The notes: a model not told the origin generated them from the letters alone. A stretch of 64,000 nt of DNA from Octopus vulgaris (GCA_951406725.2 OX597838.1:8184001-8248000), one strand, 5' to 3'. Counted from the first letter of the stretch, positions 27,648 through 41,778 are shown. Translations and numbers: made by a program.

Positions 27648-28207
27648 TGTGTGTGCGTGTCTGTGTGTATACGTATATATATGTACGTATAAATATGTAT
27701 ATATATATGTGTGTGTGTGTGTGTATGTTTATGTGTGTGTGTGTGTTTATGTGTGTGTGTGTGAGTGGAGGTTGATGGAAGCGCACACACACATGTATAT
27801 ACACACACACACATACGTTGAAATATATTTTCATATATCTATTCATAAATGTATGAGAATATATATATATATATATGCATACACGCACACACACTCACAC
27901 ACACACATACGACAGCTATATATACATAGAACAATAATTAATGTATCTATACTCTTATCAGCATGACACAGATCCACACACATTCTCTATATACACTCGC
28001 AGACAGAGGTGTATGTATATTTAATTATTTAGCCAGTTAAAACGATTACAGGTTATTTCGATCTATTAATAGATGCTTCCATAGTAAATGAACAGTAGAG
28101 GATTTCACACTAAATTAATGTCCATTAGCGGGCTTCCATAGTTACAATGAAACTCAAGTGATCTTTTGTGTATAACACATTACCTCACATCGAAACACTC
28201 GCGTGCG

Positions 28208-28742
28208 CATATACACGCACACAGACGTGTATATATGCATTTGTTGAGTATATATACAGTTTATAGAGGGGTTAAAAATTTTTGTTATGCAAATTAGGGA
28301 TTCCTTCATTGAATAATTGCTGCATTTGTTGAGTATATGTACAGTTTATAGAGTGTTAAAAAATTTCGGTATGCAGATTAGGGACTCCTGCATAGAATAA
28401 CTGCTGCATTTGTTGAGTATATATACAGGTTATAGAGGGGTTAAAAAATTTTGGGTATGCAAATTGGGGACTCCTTCATCGAGTAACTGCAGCATTTGTT
28501 GAGTATTTAAACATATACACGCACACAGACGTGTATATATGCATTTGTTGAGTATATATACAGTTTATAGAGGGGTTAAAAATTTTTGTTATGCAGATTA
28601 GGGACTCCTGCATAGAATAACTGCTGCATTTGTTGAGTATATATACAGGTTATAGAGGGGTTAAAAAATTTTGGGTATGCAAATTGGGGACTCCTTCATC
28701 GAGTAACTGCAGCATTTGTTGAGTATTTAAACAGTTTATAGA
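28208..28742. repeat. ~85-bp minisatellite with a higher-order duplication
   Basis: gcatttgttgagtat starts at 28237, 28322, 28406, 28492, 28541, 28626 and 28712; leader atatacacgcacacagacgtgtatatat is repeated at ~28209 and ~28513. Confidence 0.92.
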
Positions 28743-29543
28743 GTGCGCTCGTGCGTTCTATGCACGCGCGAATCAAGCTAAACTTGGATGAAGTTCAATC
28801 AAAATTCAATTATTTTGGTTTTAAAATCAAGCATTTAATGCCCTCTATTTTTGCGCTTATGTGTTCCATTTCCTCAATAGGAAGTACGTAGAAGCGTTTC
28901 ATAAATTTTTGTTGATCAAATAATTGCATTGTTGAATTATTCTTTTAGATTAGTATTTCTCAACGGGGATTTCAGGGGAGAGTTTCAGGGAGTCGCTGGT
29001 GATGTATCATGATGATCAAAAATCCGGCCTGCTAAAATTTGGTTAAAGTGATTCAAACTGCAGACTCAACGTAAAATGGTCACATTTAATTCAAAGCGTT
29101 AAAAATGTTATGAAAACAATTGGTATGTGTTCACAAAGTCCAAACGATTAATACGAAAAAACCCTCCAGGCTACATCCCGAAAATTCATTTCTTTGCCGA
29201 ATTTCTACAATGTTTACGGCGATTCGTTTTTATATCTTGATTTTTTATTTTTCATGCAATTTACGCATGCTTGCACGCGTGGTGAACACAGTTCACGTCA
29301 AACAGCTGACTGAGTAAAGTTCACTATTCAATGCATGGGATAAGGCCTAAACAAACACATTATCAATTTTTGCACTTGCGAGATGAATTTCGGAACAGAA
29401 ATAGTGCAGCTCAATTTTCATTCGCCTAAACTTTAAGTGACCCATTTTTGGTGGTTCTACGCTTTGAGGAGATGTGCCGGGAAGTTAAACACACAGACAC
29501 ACACAGAGATACACACACAGACACATACACACACATACACACA

Positions 29544-29624
<81 letters not shown>

Positions 29625-29631
29625 CGATAGG

Positions 29632-30470
29632 TGAGTGAATTACCCTATGTTTACCGTCAACATGGAAAATTCGATGAACCGATACCAGGGTAGCAAATTC
29701 ACGTCAGAAACACGGTTGAAGCCGCCTGTCCAAGGGTAGAAACTCCGGGCTCATGTGCAGAAATTTGTGTGTTATATATGAATAAATAAATTAATGTGTT
29801 TGAACAAAGATGTTAACAAAATTCCTTTACTCTCGACATATGTTTCGAAGACAACATGGTTTCATTCTGCCTACATGGTAAACAAAACGATAAGTGTTTT
29901 AAAAAAAAACCGTTATTAGAATTGACGTCAAAGTTAGATAGTAGGAAGAGAAGGGTTAAAGGAATAATAGGTAGGGAACAAGTGGAGATGGAAAGGTACG
30001 TTGATTAAAAGAATGTTCAAAGGCTTAGGAAAGAATTTCGCTATTGAAGTGGAGTCTACGTTAAGCTAATTGTTCAAACCACAGTGACTATCGTTATCAT
30101 TTATATGAGTAGAAAGTATGTTTCTGCCAGTCTTTACATTTGTACGATGTCTCTATGAGTGTGTTTACAAGGGGAACCTTTGAGAAGAGAATGTGGAAGA
30201 GTTCAGATTTGCAGATGTTACAAAATCTCCTGCCCTTATCAAAAGGAAAGGATACAGACAGTATGAACAAATCTAACATAAAATCTATATTATTGTCTTT
30301 AAGACCCCAAACTAATTTACTTAGCCCTGTACTATGTCATTTTTACTATCCCTGATTGTTGAATAATGGTTTGAAATTCTCTTGGATAACTGGGAAGTGG
30401 ACGCTCTGTATCCTTTCCTTTTGATAAGGGCAGGAGATTTTGTAACATCTGCAACTCTGAACTCTTCACA
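29632..30470 (-). mobile_element. Penelope-like retroelement 3' fragment (GIY-YIG C-terminus plus downstream non-coding part)
   Basis: Coding remnant at 30097-30404; downstream contains cgaaacatatgtcgag and ends at (TA)/(CA)n. Confidence 0.7.
30097..30404 (-). pseudogene. Penelope-type GIY-YIG endonuclease C-terminal remnant
   Basis: ASTSQLSKRISNHYSTIRDSK / *HSTGLSKLVWGLKDNNIDFMLDLFILSVSFPFDKGRRFCNICKSELFHILFSKVPLVNTLIETSYKCKDWQKHTFYSYK*. This matches the R..NH...ST.LSK..W.LKD...IL....C.LC..E...I......LN...E...KC.H pattern of Neptune-like PLEs; one frameshift. Confidence 0.75.
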
Positions 30471-31010
30471 GTGTCATGATGTACGGTGTAAAGGGGGAAG
30501 CAGATAAGGTTTATCCGTGGGAAGAAAAGCCTACGAAAAAGACTACGGTAACCTCGGTCAATATTGTTATATGTTACCACATTTGTTTGCAAGTGGGTAA
30601 CCCTGTTCTCAATATCTGGGATCATAGGATTATGCTCAAGGTGGCTTATAACAGTTGAAGGATTATGTTTATAGCTCAAAATTAAACAGTAATAAGTCAT
30701 TAGTTAAGTGGAGAATATATTGATATTTATTAATATTTGTAATAAACCTGTTGCTAATTGTTGTTATATTTCTGAATATATTATTATATGCCTGGATCCA
30801 TAAACTGTGGCCACTTAAAGTTAAGAGCGTCCACCTGACTGTGGACCGTGCAGTGAGTTAGATGTTCATTCAAGGGCAGGTAATTCAACTGATCGGTAAT
30901 TGAATCATCTTCGTTGAGTGACGGAAAATCACTACTGTAATGTGTGTGACTGTGAGCGTGCGTCTATGTGTGTGTGCGTGTATGCATGTGTGCGTGACTG
31001 TGCACGTATG

Positions 31011-31087
<77 letters not shown>

Positions 31088-31119
31088 GTATGTATGTATG
31101 TATGTGTGTGTGTGTAAAT

Positions 31120-31340
31120 ACGTTTGTGTGTCTGTGTTTGCCCCCCCCCCCCAATATCGCTTGACAATCGATGCTGGGTTTTTTTACGTCCCTGTAACTT
31201 AGCGGTTCGGCAAAAGAGACCGAAAGAATAAGTACTAGGCTTACAAAGCATAAGTTCTAGGGTCGATTTGTTCGACTAAAGGCGGTGCTCCAGCGTGGTC
31301 GCAGTCAAATGACTGGAACAAGTAAAAGAGTAAAAGAGTA
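31120..31340 (+). mobile_element. SINE family C tail
   Basis: gtaacttagcggttcggcaaaagagaccg...ggcggtgctccagc...gcagtcaaatgactggaacaagtaaaagag. Confidence 0.85.
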
Positions 31341-31394
31341 GCATATATATATGTGAGTGTGTGTGTGTGTGTGTATGTGTGCCTGTGTTTATAT

Positions 31395-31447
<53 letters not shown>

Positions 31448-31989
31448 CATATATATATATACACATACGTTGGTACATGCATGTATGTATATGTATGTGT
31501 GTGTGTGTACAAACGCATATACACATATATATTATGTATATATACACACATAAATACACACGTGTGGGGATAACAACTAGCACAAAAACAGTTAATTATT
31601 GTCGTTCATTAGTTGAATTACTGGCTTGATTATTTTTGGTCACGTGATTACCGGGAGTTCACATCTTGATTTTGGTCTTCTCTGCTTAATCCTTCCCTTG
31701 TAAAGGATTAATTATAAGCTAAATAGATTTGCTCTATTACATTAATATCGATCACTTGAAATCAACCATTGATCTCCAGAAGTGATATATACTCTCTATT
31801 ATTCTCTACGTTCTCGATATAGTCGTTTGACTGCGGCCCCGCTGGAGCATTGCCTTAAAGGATTTCGCTGTTTATATCGGCCCTAGTTATTGTCTTAAAA
31901 TCCGTTACTGGTTTTCATCTGTTATATTTACTGCTCCGCTAGGTGGCGGAAAATAAACATTCATACCATTTTAGACATCTTTATGATAT

Positions 31990-32023
<34 letters not shown>

Positions 32024-32112
32024 TTATATTCACACGCATACACAAGTGTGTAAGTGAGTATAAACCTATAATTATAGACATAAATATATACACACTGACG
32101 TTTGTTTGTGTA

Positions 32113-32144
<32 letters not shown>

Positions 32145-32187
32145 GACATTTACATATATATTTGAATATATATACATATGCATATAT

Positions 32188-32261
<74 letters not shown>

Positions 32262-32371
32262 AGGGTAGCGAATATTTCACCACCAGTGACCTAGCATGTA
32301 TAAAAAGTCAATAGACAACATATTCTCAATATAAATGTACACCATTTTATATTAAGTATATAAGCCCTAGA

Positions 32372-32604
32372 CCTATTTCTTTACTACCCACAAGGGGCTA
32401 AACACAGAGGGGACAAATAAGGACAGGCAGACGGATTAAGTCGATTACATCGACCCCAGTGCGTAACCGGTACTAATTTAATCGACCCCGAAAGGATGAA
32501 AGGCAAAGTCGACCTCGGCGGAATTTGAACTCAGAACATAGCGGCAGACGAAATACCGCTAAGCATTTCGTCCAGCGTGCTAACGATTCGGCCAGCTCGC
32601 CTCC
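32372..32604 (-). mobile_element. SINE family B full copy
   Basis: Full reverse-complement match to 19516-19744. Confidence 0.9.
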
Positions 32605-33245
32605 TTAATAATAATAATAATATTTAATCGTAGAAATATAACAGGAGTTTTTAGACATCGAATGGCTATGAGGATCCTCCACTCCGAGTGCAAAAGGAAC
32701 TAGGGGGGTCCATAGGTAAAAAAAGGGGGAAGGGCTGAGAGCCACTATTGTAGATGATAAAAATAGAGAAAAAATAGTTTAATAGACTCAAAATGTTTAA
32801 TTATTTTAACAATGAGTCATCTCAAACAATTTACATTTGTAAGAAAATCCGCCATTTTGCAAAATGGCAGACAAATATTGTTGTTTATTGTGTGCCATTT
32901 CTGTGTGCATTTTTTTAACGTTTTGTTTAGCGGATTGGGAGAGGGGGGTTTGGGGAATTGTTGGTTGGTTTTTGTCTTTTGTTTTAATGTTTTGTTAGAT
33001 TTGTAAAACCAAAAATATAAAAAGGGGGAAAGTAAAGAAAAAAGCGTCAATTCTCTTCGAAATATCTGAAGGATGTGTGTTTCTTAGCTCAGCAAATGGT
33101 GGAGGGGGTCGCTTATGTAATATATATATCTATTAGGTGATGGAAAATGACGACGAAAATTTGAAAATAACTAGGTGTGTGTGTGTGCGAGTGTTGTGTA
33201 TGTGTGTGTATGTATGTATTTGTGTGTGCGTATGTGTTTATATCT

Positions 33246-33303
<58 letters not shown>

Positions 33304-34261
33304 GAGGACAACTATATATGAGGAATGCTATATAACTATAGGTGTGTAAATGTGTGTAAGTATATATATTTATATATATTTGGACATGCTTGTATCTATA
33401 TATGTGCACATATATATGTGTTTATACATATAAAAATATGCATATATACATAGTTATACATGCATGAATCTCTATATGTATACTCATGTGTATATGTATG
33501 AATGCATATATATATGTGTATGTGTATGTATACACAACACTCTCCTCTTATTCTCTCCTCCCCTCTCTCTCTCTCTCTCCACACACACACACACACTACA
33601 CACACTGACTGAAACATACTCATACATATCTATATTTAAACAGTTTTATAGTTCTCTAGATTATTTATAGTTCTCAGATTCTAGGAATTTCCATTATTGA
33701 CTAACGCTGGGAACAAAAAAAAAAAAATTGCTGAGGTGCAAAATTCCTACAATTCAAAATTTTTCAGCGCCAAACATTTTCGCAGTGCGAGGAACCATTC
33801 TCTGACCATTACATTATCCCCGACCTAAAAGAGTTGGCCAGAAAATACAGAGCCTTGCAGTCATCATTTGATTTCCTTCTACTCATGTGCATTGCTATGC
33901 ATATAAATATACATGCGAAGGAATTTGTCCAAAGACTTCTTGAATTTTGTGTGGTCAGTTTCTGTTTTGACGTGTCCTGGTGTAATGTTGAAGAGAGCGG
34001 GTCCAATTGAGGTGAAATAATTGTGCCGTATTGTTGTTATGAGATGCGATTTAGATTTCTGTTGTGGAGGGATGGCACGTGGTCCAAGCCTTGGGTGTAT
34101 TATATATGTGTGTGTGTGTGTGTGTATGTGTGTGTGTGTGTGTATGTATATATATACATGTGTGTGTATACATATATATATAATATATATATCTCAGTAT
34201 ATATATATGTGTTTTTATAAATATGCATATATCTATATATGTATATATATGTTAATATATA

Positions 34262-34308
<47 letters not shown>

Positions 34309-34469
34309 GCCACATTGAATGTGCTCAGGTTTGTAAGGAAATAACTATAAAGCATTTTTATATATTATATGCCATAAAATAGCAAAAAAATGGAAAAAAA
34401 ATGATGGTAAATTTTTTTTTAGAGTTATATGTGCGTGAAAGGATGTGTGAAGTTTCCTGTTTCATCAGT

Positions 34470-34660
34470 AAATATCATCGTGTGTTTTCAGAACTGGGGG
34501 AACTTTTCAAAATTTTCGCTGCGTTAGTTTTGAATTATGACATTGGGGTATGTGTGTGTGTTTCATCAGAATCGGTTGAAAGCCGTGGTCAGAGTGAGAG
34601 GTACGAGAAAACAGACACACAGAAACGCACAGACAAACTGCCGTTTATATAGAGAGAGAG
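34470..34660 (+). mobile_element. HINE/Helentron (DINE-1-like) non-autonomous element end
   Basis: tttcatcagaatcggttgaaagccgtggtc...acagacacacagaaacgcacagacaaactgccgtttatatagagag resembles the tttcatc.aaatcgg..(acag)n..tttatata 3' architecture of DINE-1/HINE elements. Confidence 0.5.
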
Positions 34661-34682
34661 AATGTGCGTGAAAGGACATGCA

Positions 34683-34718
<36 letters not shown>

Positions 34719-34876
34719 GCTGTATATATATATTTATATATATATGTATGTATATAAATATGTATATTTATATATATGTGCGTGAAAGGATGTGTGAATT
34801 TTCCTGTTTCATCAGTAAATATACATGTGTGTGTGTATGTGTGTATGTGTGATTGTGTGATTGTGTGTGTGTGTGG

Positions 34877-34922
<46 letters not shown>

Positions 34923-35257
34923 AGGTAGAAGGCACTTTTCCGTGAAGAATAGGGAACCGGTTTTTAAGGCACGCCATATTAAAAACACGACTGTAATAAA
35001 ATCTTCGCAGCTTTCCATCAACTTTCTCTGTCTTTTTCGTTCTTCCGGACGTGACATAGTCTTCTTGTCTCATTGACTGTTTGTAGATAATTTCCAATAA
35101 TCCGTTTATTTTGCCATTCTCGAATATTCTACATTCATTCCGAAGAAAAAACACTTTCAGACACCATTGATGCCGTGATGCCTGTCTTTCCTTAACTTCT
35201 CTTTTGCGTAGAATGAAACAAATAACTTAACCCGAAGCCCATAGAGTACATCTTTTC

Positions 35258-35471
35258 TTCTTTTATTCTTTTATTTGTTTCAGTTATTTGATTGTGGTCA
35301 TGCTGGAGTACCGCATTTAGTTGAACAAATTGACCCTAGGACTTATTCTTTGTAAGTCTAGTACTTATTCTGTCGGCCCTTTTCCCGGACCGATATGTTA
35401 CAGGGACATAAACACTCTAACATAGGTTGTCAAGTGATGGTGGGAGGACAAACACACACGCACACACACAC

Positions 35472-35504
<33 letters not shown>

Positions 35505-35578
35505 CACGACGGGCTTCTTTCAGTTTCCATTTACCAAATCCACTATGGTCTGTCCGAGGCAATAGTAGAAGACACATG
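35258..35578 (-). mobile_element. SINE family C (head truncated)
   Basis: Reverse complement of tail, internal (CA)/(TA)n and gacgggcttctttcagtttcc. Confidence 0.85.
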
Positions 35579-35699
35579 TCTGTTGGTTGCCTCTGCTGGA
35601 TCTATGGCTTCCGTCCCCGCTTAATCCTGGGTTTGCCACATTGAGTATATTTAACTATTAAATCCATTTCTGCTTTGAACATCGCCTCTGTTAATTTCT

Positions 35700-36190
35700 T
35701 CTTCGCTTAACGCTTCCTTTATTGTGATGGCGTTGATGACTCTGTAGACCAATTTCTTTACTACCCACAAGGGGCTATACACAGAGGGAACAAACACGGA
35801 CAGACAAAGGGATTTAAATCGATTATATCGACCCCAGTGCGTAACTGGTACTTATTTAATCGACCCTGAAAGGATGAAAGGCAAAGTCGACCTCGGCGGA
35901 ATTTAAACTCAGAACGTAGCGGCAGACGAAATACCGCTAAGCATTTCGCCCGGCGTGCTAACGATTCTGCCAGTTCGCCGCCTTGATGACTCTGTAGACC
36001 AGTTCTTGCATGGAAGACCCAATGGCATTGACTGCATGATAATGTTGGTGAGGGACGAGGTTGATTTTGTTGAGCCTTTCTCGCGTGTCGTTCGAATTTT
36101 TCTTCTTTTTTGGTAGATTCGAAGATTTTGGCTTGGATTGTGATGGAACACCACTACTTGGTAAAGTCCCAAGCCTGTGTTTCGAACAAT
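35700..36190 (-). mobile_element. RTE-like LINE 3' end with C2H2 motif, interrupted by a SINE
   Basis: With the SINE removed it reads KLFETQAWDFTK*WCSITIQAKIFESTKKEEKFERHARKAQQNQPRPSPTLSCSQCHWVFHARTGLQSHQRHH, i.e. the C..C...F..R.GL.SH.R.H tail of RTE-clade ORFs. Confidence 0.7.
35752..35982 (-). mobile_element. SINE family B full copy with perfect 19-bp TSD
   Basis: TSD ttgatgactctgtagacca at 35733-35751 and 35983-36001. Confidence 0.93.
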
Positions 36191-36214
36191 TTAGGCTCGA
36201 GTCCAGTGGCTTAT

Positions 36215-36601
36215 CGTGGCTCTCTGTCGGTTACGATGACGAGGGTTCCAGTTGATCCGATAAACAGAACAGCCTGCTCGTGAAATTAACGTACAAGTGG
36301 CTGGGCACTCCACAGACACGTGATACTCATAACGTAGTTCTTGGGAAGATTCAGCGTGAAACAGAGCGTGAGAAGGCTGGCCCCTTTGAAATACAGGTGC
36401 AACAGAAACAGGAAGAAAGAGTGAGAGAAAGTTGTGGTGGAAGAATGAAGCAGGGATCACCACCATCACCCTCTGCCGGAACCTCGTGAAGCTTTAAGTG
36501 TTTTCGCTCAATAAACACTCACAACGCCCGGTCTTGGAATCGAAACTGCGATCCTAAGACCACAAGTCTGCTGTCCTAACCACTGGTCCATTGTACCTCC
36601 A
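36215..36601 (-). mobile_element. SINE family A full copy
   Basis: Colinear with 8135-8474, with a longer 3' tail. Confidence 0.87.
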
Positions 36602-36699
36602 GAACTAGACGCCACCATTTTAGTGTTGTCTAAGCTTAATAAGATTATGTATGGAGATAAATAACCAATATCAAGGTATGTTATCTTCACAAATACTTT

Positions 36700-36750
<51 letters not shown>

Positions 36751-36784
36751 GACACACACGCACTCGCTCACTTATTCACTCACG

Positions 36785-36930
36785 CTTTCAGTTTTTCTCG
36801 ACCAAATCCACTCACAAGGCACTTGGTCGGCTCGGAAATGTAGTGGAAGAAACGTGTCCAATGTGCCACACATCAGGACTGAAGACGGAACCATGTCGTT
36901 CAGAAGAGGAATTGTTACTACCCAGCCACA
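36785..36930 (-). mobile_element. Degenerate SINE family C head
   Basis: ctttcagttttt...accaaatccactcacaagg...ggactgaagacggaaccatg. Confidence 0.65.
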
Positions 36931-37510
36931 TTTGTTCTTGTATAGTGAGATTACAGTTGAGAGAGCTGGCTCTTTATATCAGGGAAACCGGACAAGCGGT
37001 GTGGACGCACATCTCCCTCGCTGCTCAACCGTGTGTTAAACCACCTTGCACTATATTCGACCTCAAACCTAACAGCAAAAATCCTCATCAGGGACTGTTA
37101 AAGGGGACAATGCCACAACCCAAGAGAGACATGATTCGGCAATACTAGTAATAAATATAATGGCCGTTTCACTTATATCAACAAATGGTCCGGAATGACA
37201 GCTTGCTCGTCTTAGTTCTGCCAATCCCGAAACCTCGACTGGACTACTCCAGTGGGATTAGAACACAATGCACAGAGAATTGTAGCAAATATTATAAAGG
37301 GTTTTTTTTATATATTTTTATCGGACGATATAACCAGGTTGCTTATTCATTGCGTTTATATCATACGCAAGAAACAAGCAGAAATTATATACATATATAC
37401 ACACAGTTACATACATATACAACAATATAAGTGTAGATATTTTGCTGTGTGTATATATGCGTTACATACGTACATAAGTATTTCTATATGCACATCTTTA
37501 TATGTAGATG

Positions 37511-37547
<37 letters not shown>

Positions 37548-37614
37548 GTATACATATATATATGTATGTATATATATATGTATGTATATATATATATGTA
37601 TGTATATATATATC

Positions 37615-37649
<35 letters not shown>

Positions 37650-38117
37650 TCACACACACACGCACCTTACATGTATACACACACATACATTAATATACGT
37701 AGATGTGTGCATATATGTATATATATACGTTAAATGCATGCATATATATTAATATATGTACATGTGTGTGTGTGTTGTGTGTGTTTGTGTGTGTGTGTTG
37801 TGTGTGTGTCTGTGTGTGTGTATGTGTGTGTAGTATACATTCACAGCAATAATAATGAAAGCTCATTGAAAAGGTTAAATTTTCTAAGACCCTGATAATT
37901 GACTTATGATATTTAAATCACACGCACAAACACACACACACTGACCCACACACACACATACAGATATATCCCAAACACTGGCACACACCCACGCGAACAC
38001 TTGTGTGTATATGTGTGTATATGTAAGTATACATATAAATATATATATATATATAAACACACACATACGCATATATATACACGCCTATATATATGTGTGT
38101 GTATATATATATATGTG

Positions 38118-38148
<31 letters not shown>

Positions 38149-38278
38149 GCACGTATCTATATATAAATATACATATATGCATATACATATGTATATACAT
38201 GTACATATATATATGTATATATATATATACATGTATATATATATATACACACACATATATATACACATATATATATAT

Positions 38279-38396
<118 letters not shown>

Positions 38397-38735
38397 ATGT
38401 ATGTATACACACACACTGAATTATATATTAGTTAATCTATTATATTACTCATTTGTATTCTCCATTAATCTATCTTAATTGTGTAAATACCTTTGTTTTT
38501 TCACTGTTCACATATGCATCAACCTTTGTGTCTATATATATATGCGCATGCGCGTCTCTGTGTCCGTGCTCATGTCTGTGTTTTTGTGTGTGCATGTATG
38601 GATTCGTGTGCATTTGTCTCTATTCTTGTTTGGTCTGTACTTCGTGACATGTAATTCGAGCTCTCCACCTCTGGCTATGTAATGTTAAGGTATATATAAT
38701 GATACACGCTTACACACACCTAAATATACACCACC

Positions 38736-38783
<48 letters not shown>

Positions 38784-38834
38784 GCGGTAATGAAGTGGTC
38801 TGTACTTCAATTAGGATATATACTTTTCTGCTCC

Positions 38835-38986
38835 AGGCACAAGGCCTGAAATTTTGGTGGGAAGGGAGCAGTCGATTAGATCGACTCCAGTTACACAACC
38901 GGTACTTAATTTATCGACCCCCGAAGGATCAAAGGCAAAGTCGACCTCGGCGGAATTTGAACTCAGAACGTAACGGCAGACGAAAT
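38835..38986 (-). mobile_element. SINE family B (alternative tail), partial
   Basis: ggcacaaggcctgaaattttgg...aaaggcaaagtcgacctcggcggaatttgaactcagaacg. Confidence 0.85.
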
Positions 38987-39794
38987 GAATGGAATAACAA
39001 CCAGACTTAAAAATTAAGTGCTGAGGTGGGTTTGTTCGACAACAGCTTTCCAGGAGGTGTCTTAGCATGGCCGCATTCCTACGACTAAAACAAGTAAATA
39101 TCCTTACTCCTATTAACATGGAATGAAATCTTCTTATGATATAATGAAATCGTAACATCATCACTAATTCCTTAGTCATGATTAGCACGAGGGAAACCGG
39201 TCGAACATGGAAATATTTTATTTCATAAAAAAAATGTATGTATTCTATCCAACAGAAAATTTCTCTGCATTTTCCTATATTTCTATATTTTTCACACACA
39301 CATATAATGAAATACCTCTCTTACACCCGGCCTATCTTTTCGGAAATAGAGTAAGTTCGGTATTTCATTGAAGAGCTCATCAATGAAGACGAAAATCTGT
39401 CAAACCAAATGACATCGATTACACGAGAGGCTTAAATATTAATTAAACAATTGATTAGTTAAGTGGATAATTAGTTAACCAGTTTAATAATGTTTCAACC
39501 ATAGCCACAGTACCTGAGATTCGGGGTAGGAATGTTAGTCACCCCAAGAGATAACTGGTACCCTATTTTATCGAAACTGGCTGGATCAAAGGCGGAGCTG
39601 ATGCTTCAGGAATTTCAACTCAAAAACTTTACGGCAAGGCATTAATATTTCCACTCAAACAATTTGGAGTCGTTGCTTTTTGGTTATGTTTTTTGGCAAA
39701 ATGACTCTTCCACAATAGTATGCTTTAGATATATAGATAGATACATATACATAAATATATATAAATAGATATAGAGGTAGATATAAATTTAGAT

Positions 39795-39836
39795 AAATAG
39801 ATAGGCAGATAGATAGACAGATAGAGACAGACAGAG

Positions 39837-39928
<92 letters not shown>

Positions 39929-39937
39929 GGATGGATG

Positions 39938-40031
<94 letters not shown>

Positions 40032-40048
40032 CAGAGAGACAGATATAT

Positions 40049-40078
<30 letters not shown>
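39795..40078. repeat. (GATA)n microsatellite
   Basis: Directly visible. Confidence 0.95.
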
Positions 40079-40079
<1 letters not shown>

Positions 40080-40221
40080 TTTTTATTGCCCACATGGGGC
40101 TAAACATAGAGGGGACAAACAAGGACAGACAAAGGGATTAAGTCGATTACATCGACCCCAGTGCGAAACTAGTACTTTATTTATCGACCCCGAAAAGATG
40201 AAAGACACAGTCGACCTCGGC

Positions 40222-40222
<1 letters not shown>
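40079..40222 (-). mobile_element. 5'-truncated SINE family B within (GATA)n
   Basis: Tail and core present; flanked by GATA repeats. Confidence 0.85.
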
Positions 40223-40277
<55 letters not shown>

Positions 40278-40876
40278 CAGAGAGAGAGAGACAGAGAGAA
40301 GCTCATACATATATATAGATGTATGAATGCATAAATATATTTAAATATACTCCTTCATAAAATTGTTTTCCTTCTACGTCTATTTATCGATTGCTTTCTC
40401 GTGTCTCTCTCCTGCCGTCCATGTACACACGCTTATAATTCGCTATTCTTGAAGCTCTCTACTCTATATATATATATATACATACATATATATATATATC
40501 TTCTACATACCTACCTCCTTCTCCGTCCCCCTTTTTCTCTCTCCCTCTCTCCCCCACCTGAGAATATATCAATATTTTTCTCATTTCTATACGGCTCCAC
40601 CCATATATTCCCAGCGTATATATACATGTATACACTTTCGTCACACGTATACACACACACCAGCAAACACACACACACACACACTCACAAGTAGTTATCT
40701 TTACACCTTACACACTATCATAGATCACGTGTGTAAACTATAAATGTAATCAAGATATGTGTGTGCGTGTGTGTATACACACAGACATATAATATATATA
40801 TATATATGTATGTATGTATGTATGTATATACACACGAGCACACATCTTTGATTGCGTTTATAGTTTACACACGTGA

Positions 40877-40944
<68 letters not shown>

Positions 40945-41214
40945 CATACGTTTACATTCATTTACATATATGTTTATATGCATACACATATATATATATG
41001 TGTAATAATATTGTATAGGAATACATACGCCATTTATAGATGAAACATTAAACCTACACATAAACATACATACACAAAAGCTTATATACACAAAAGCTTA
41101 CACACACACACACACATACACACACACACTCATACACACATATACGCACAAACTTACATCCATCCATTTCTCCGTAATTACATTTTACAGAACAAACCTG
41201 CAGGAACTTTGCTC

Positions 41215-41264
<50 letters not shown>

Positions 41265-41293
41265 GAATATATATATACACATATATATATGTA

Positions 41294-41369
<76 letters not shown>

Positions 41370-41402
41370 TATATATACACATATATATGTATGCATATAT
41401 AT

Positions 41403-41446
<44 letters not shown>

Positions 41447-41663
41447 TATGTATGCATATAACAACCTCCCCTCTAATTTCGTGGCATCAAGACTTATCAA
41501 ATATTGTTAAGGTGATATTACTGTAAAACGTTGTGGGCCATGAACTGGAGCCACCGCCGCTCCAACCCTGCCACATCTATCTAATTTATCTTATTCATTA
41601 GATTACTTTCTATTGAGACATATGATACCGAACTCGATTTAAACGAAATTACAAGCTCTACAA

Positions 41664-41730
<67 letters not shown>

Positions 41731-41778
41731 TACATACATACACACACATACATACATACATACATACATACATACATT

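Noticed and set aside
28237-28742. CRISPR-like periodicity
   Set aside because: The whole unit repeats, with no unique spacers and no cas genes, in a eukaryotic context.
32620-32750. hAT-like MITE end (gggggtccatagg...gagagccact)
   Set aside because: No partner TIR or TSD found.
34452-34470. ctgatgaaacaggaaac on the minus strand as a hammerhead
   Set aside because: No stem II pairing between CUGAUGA and GAAA.
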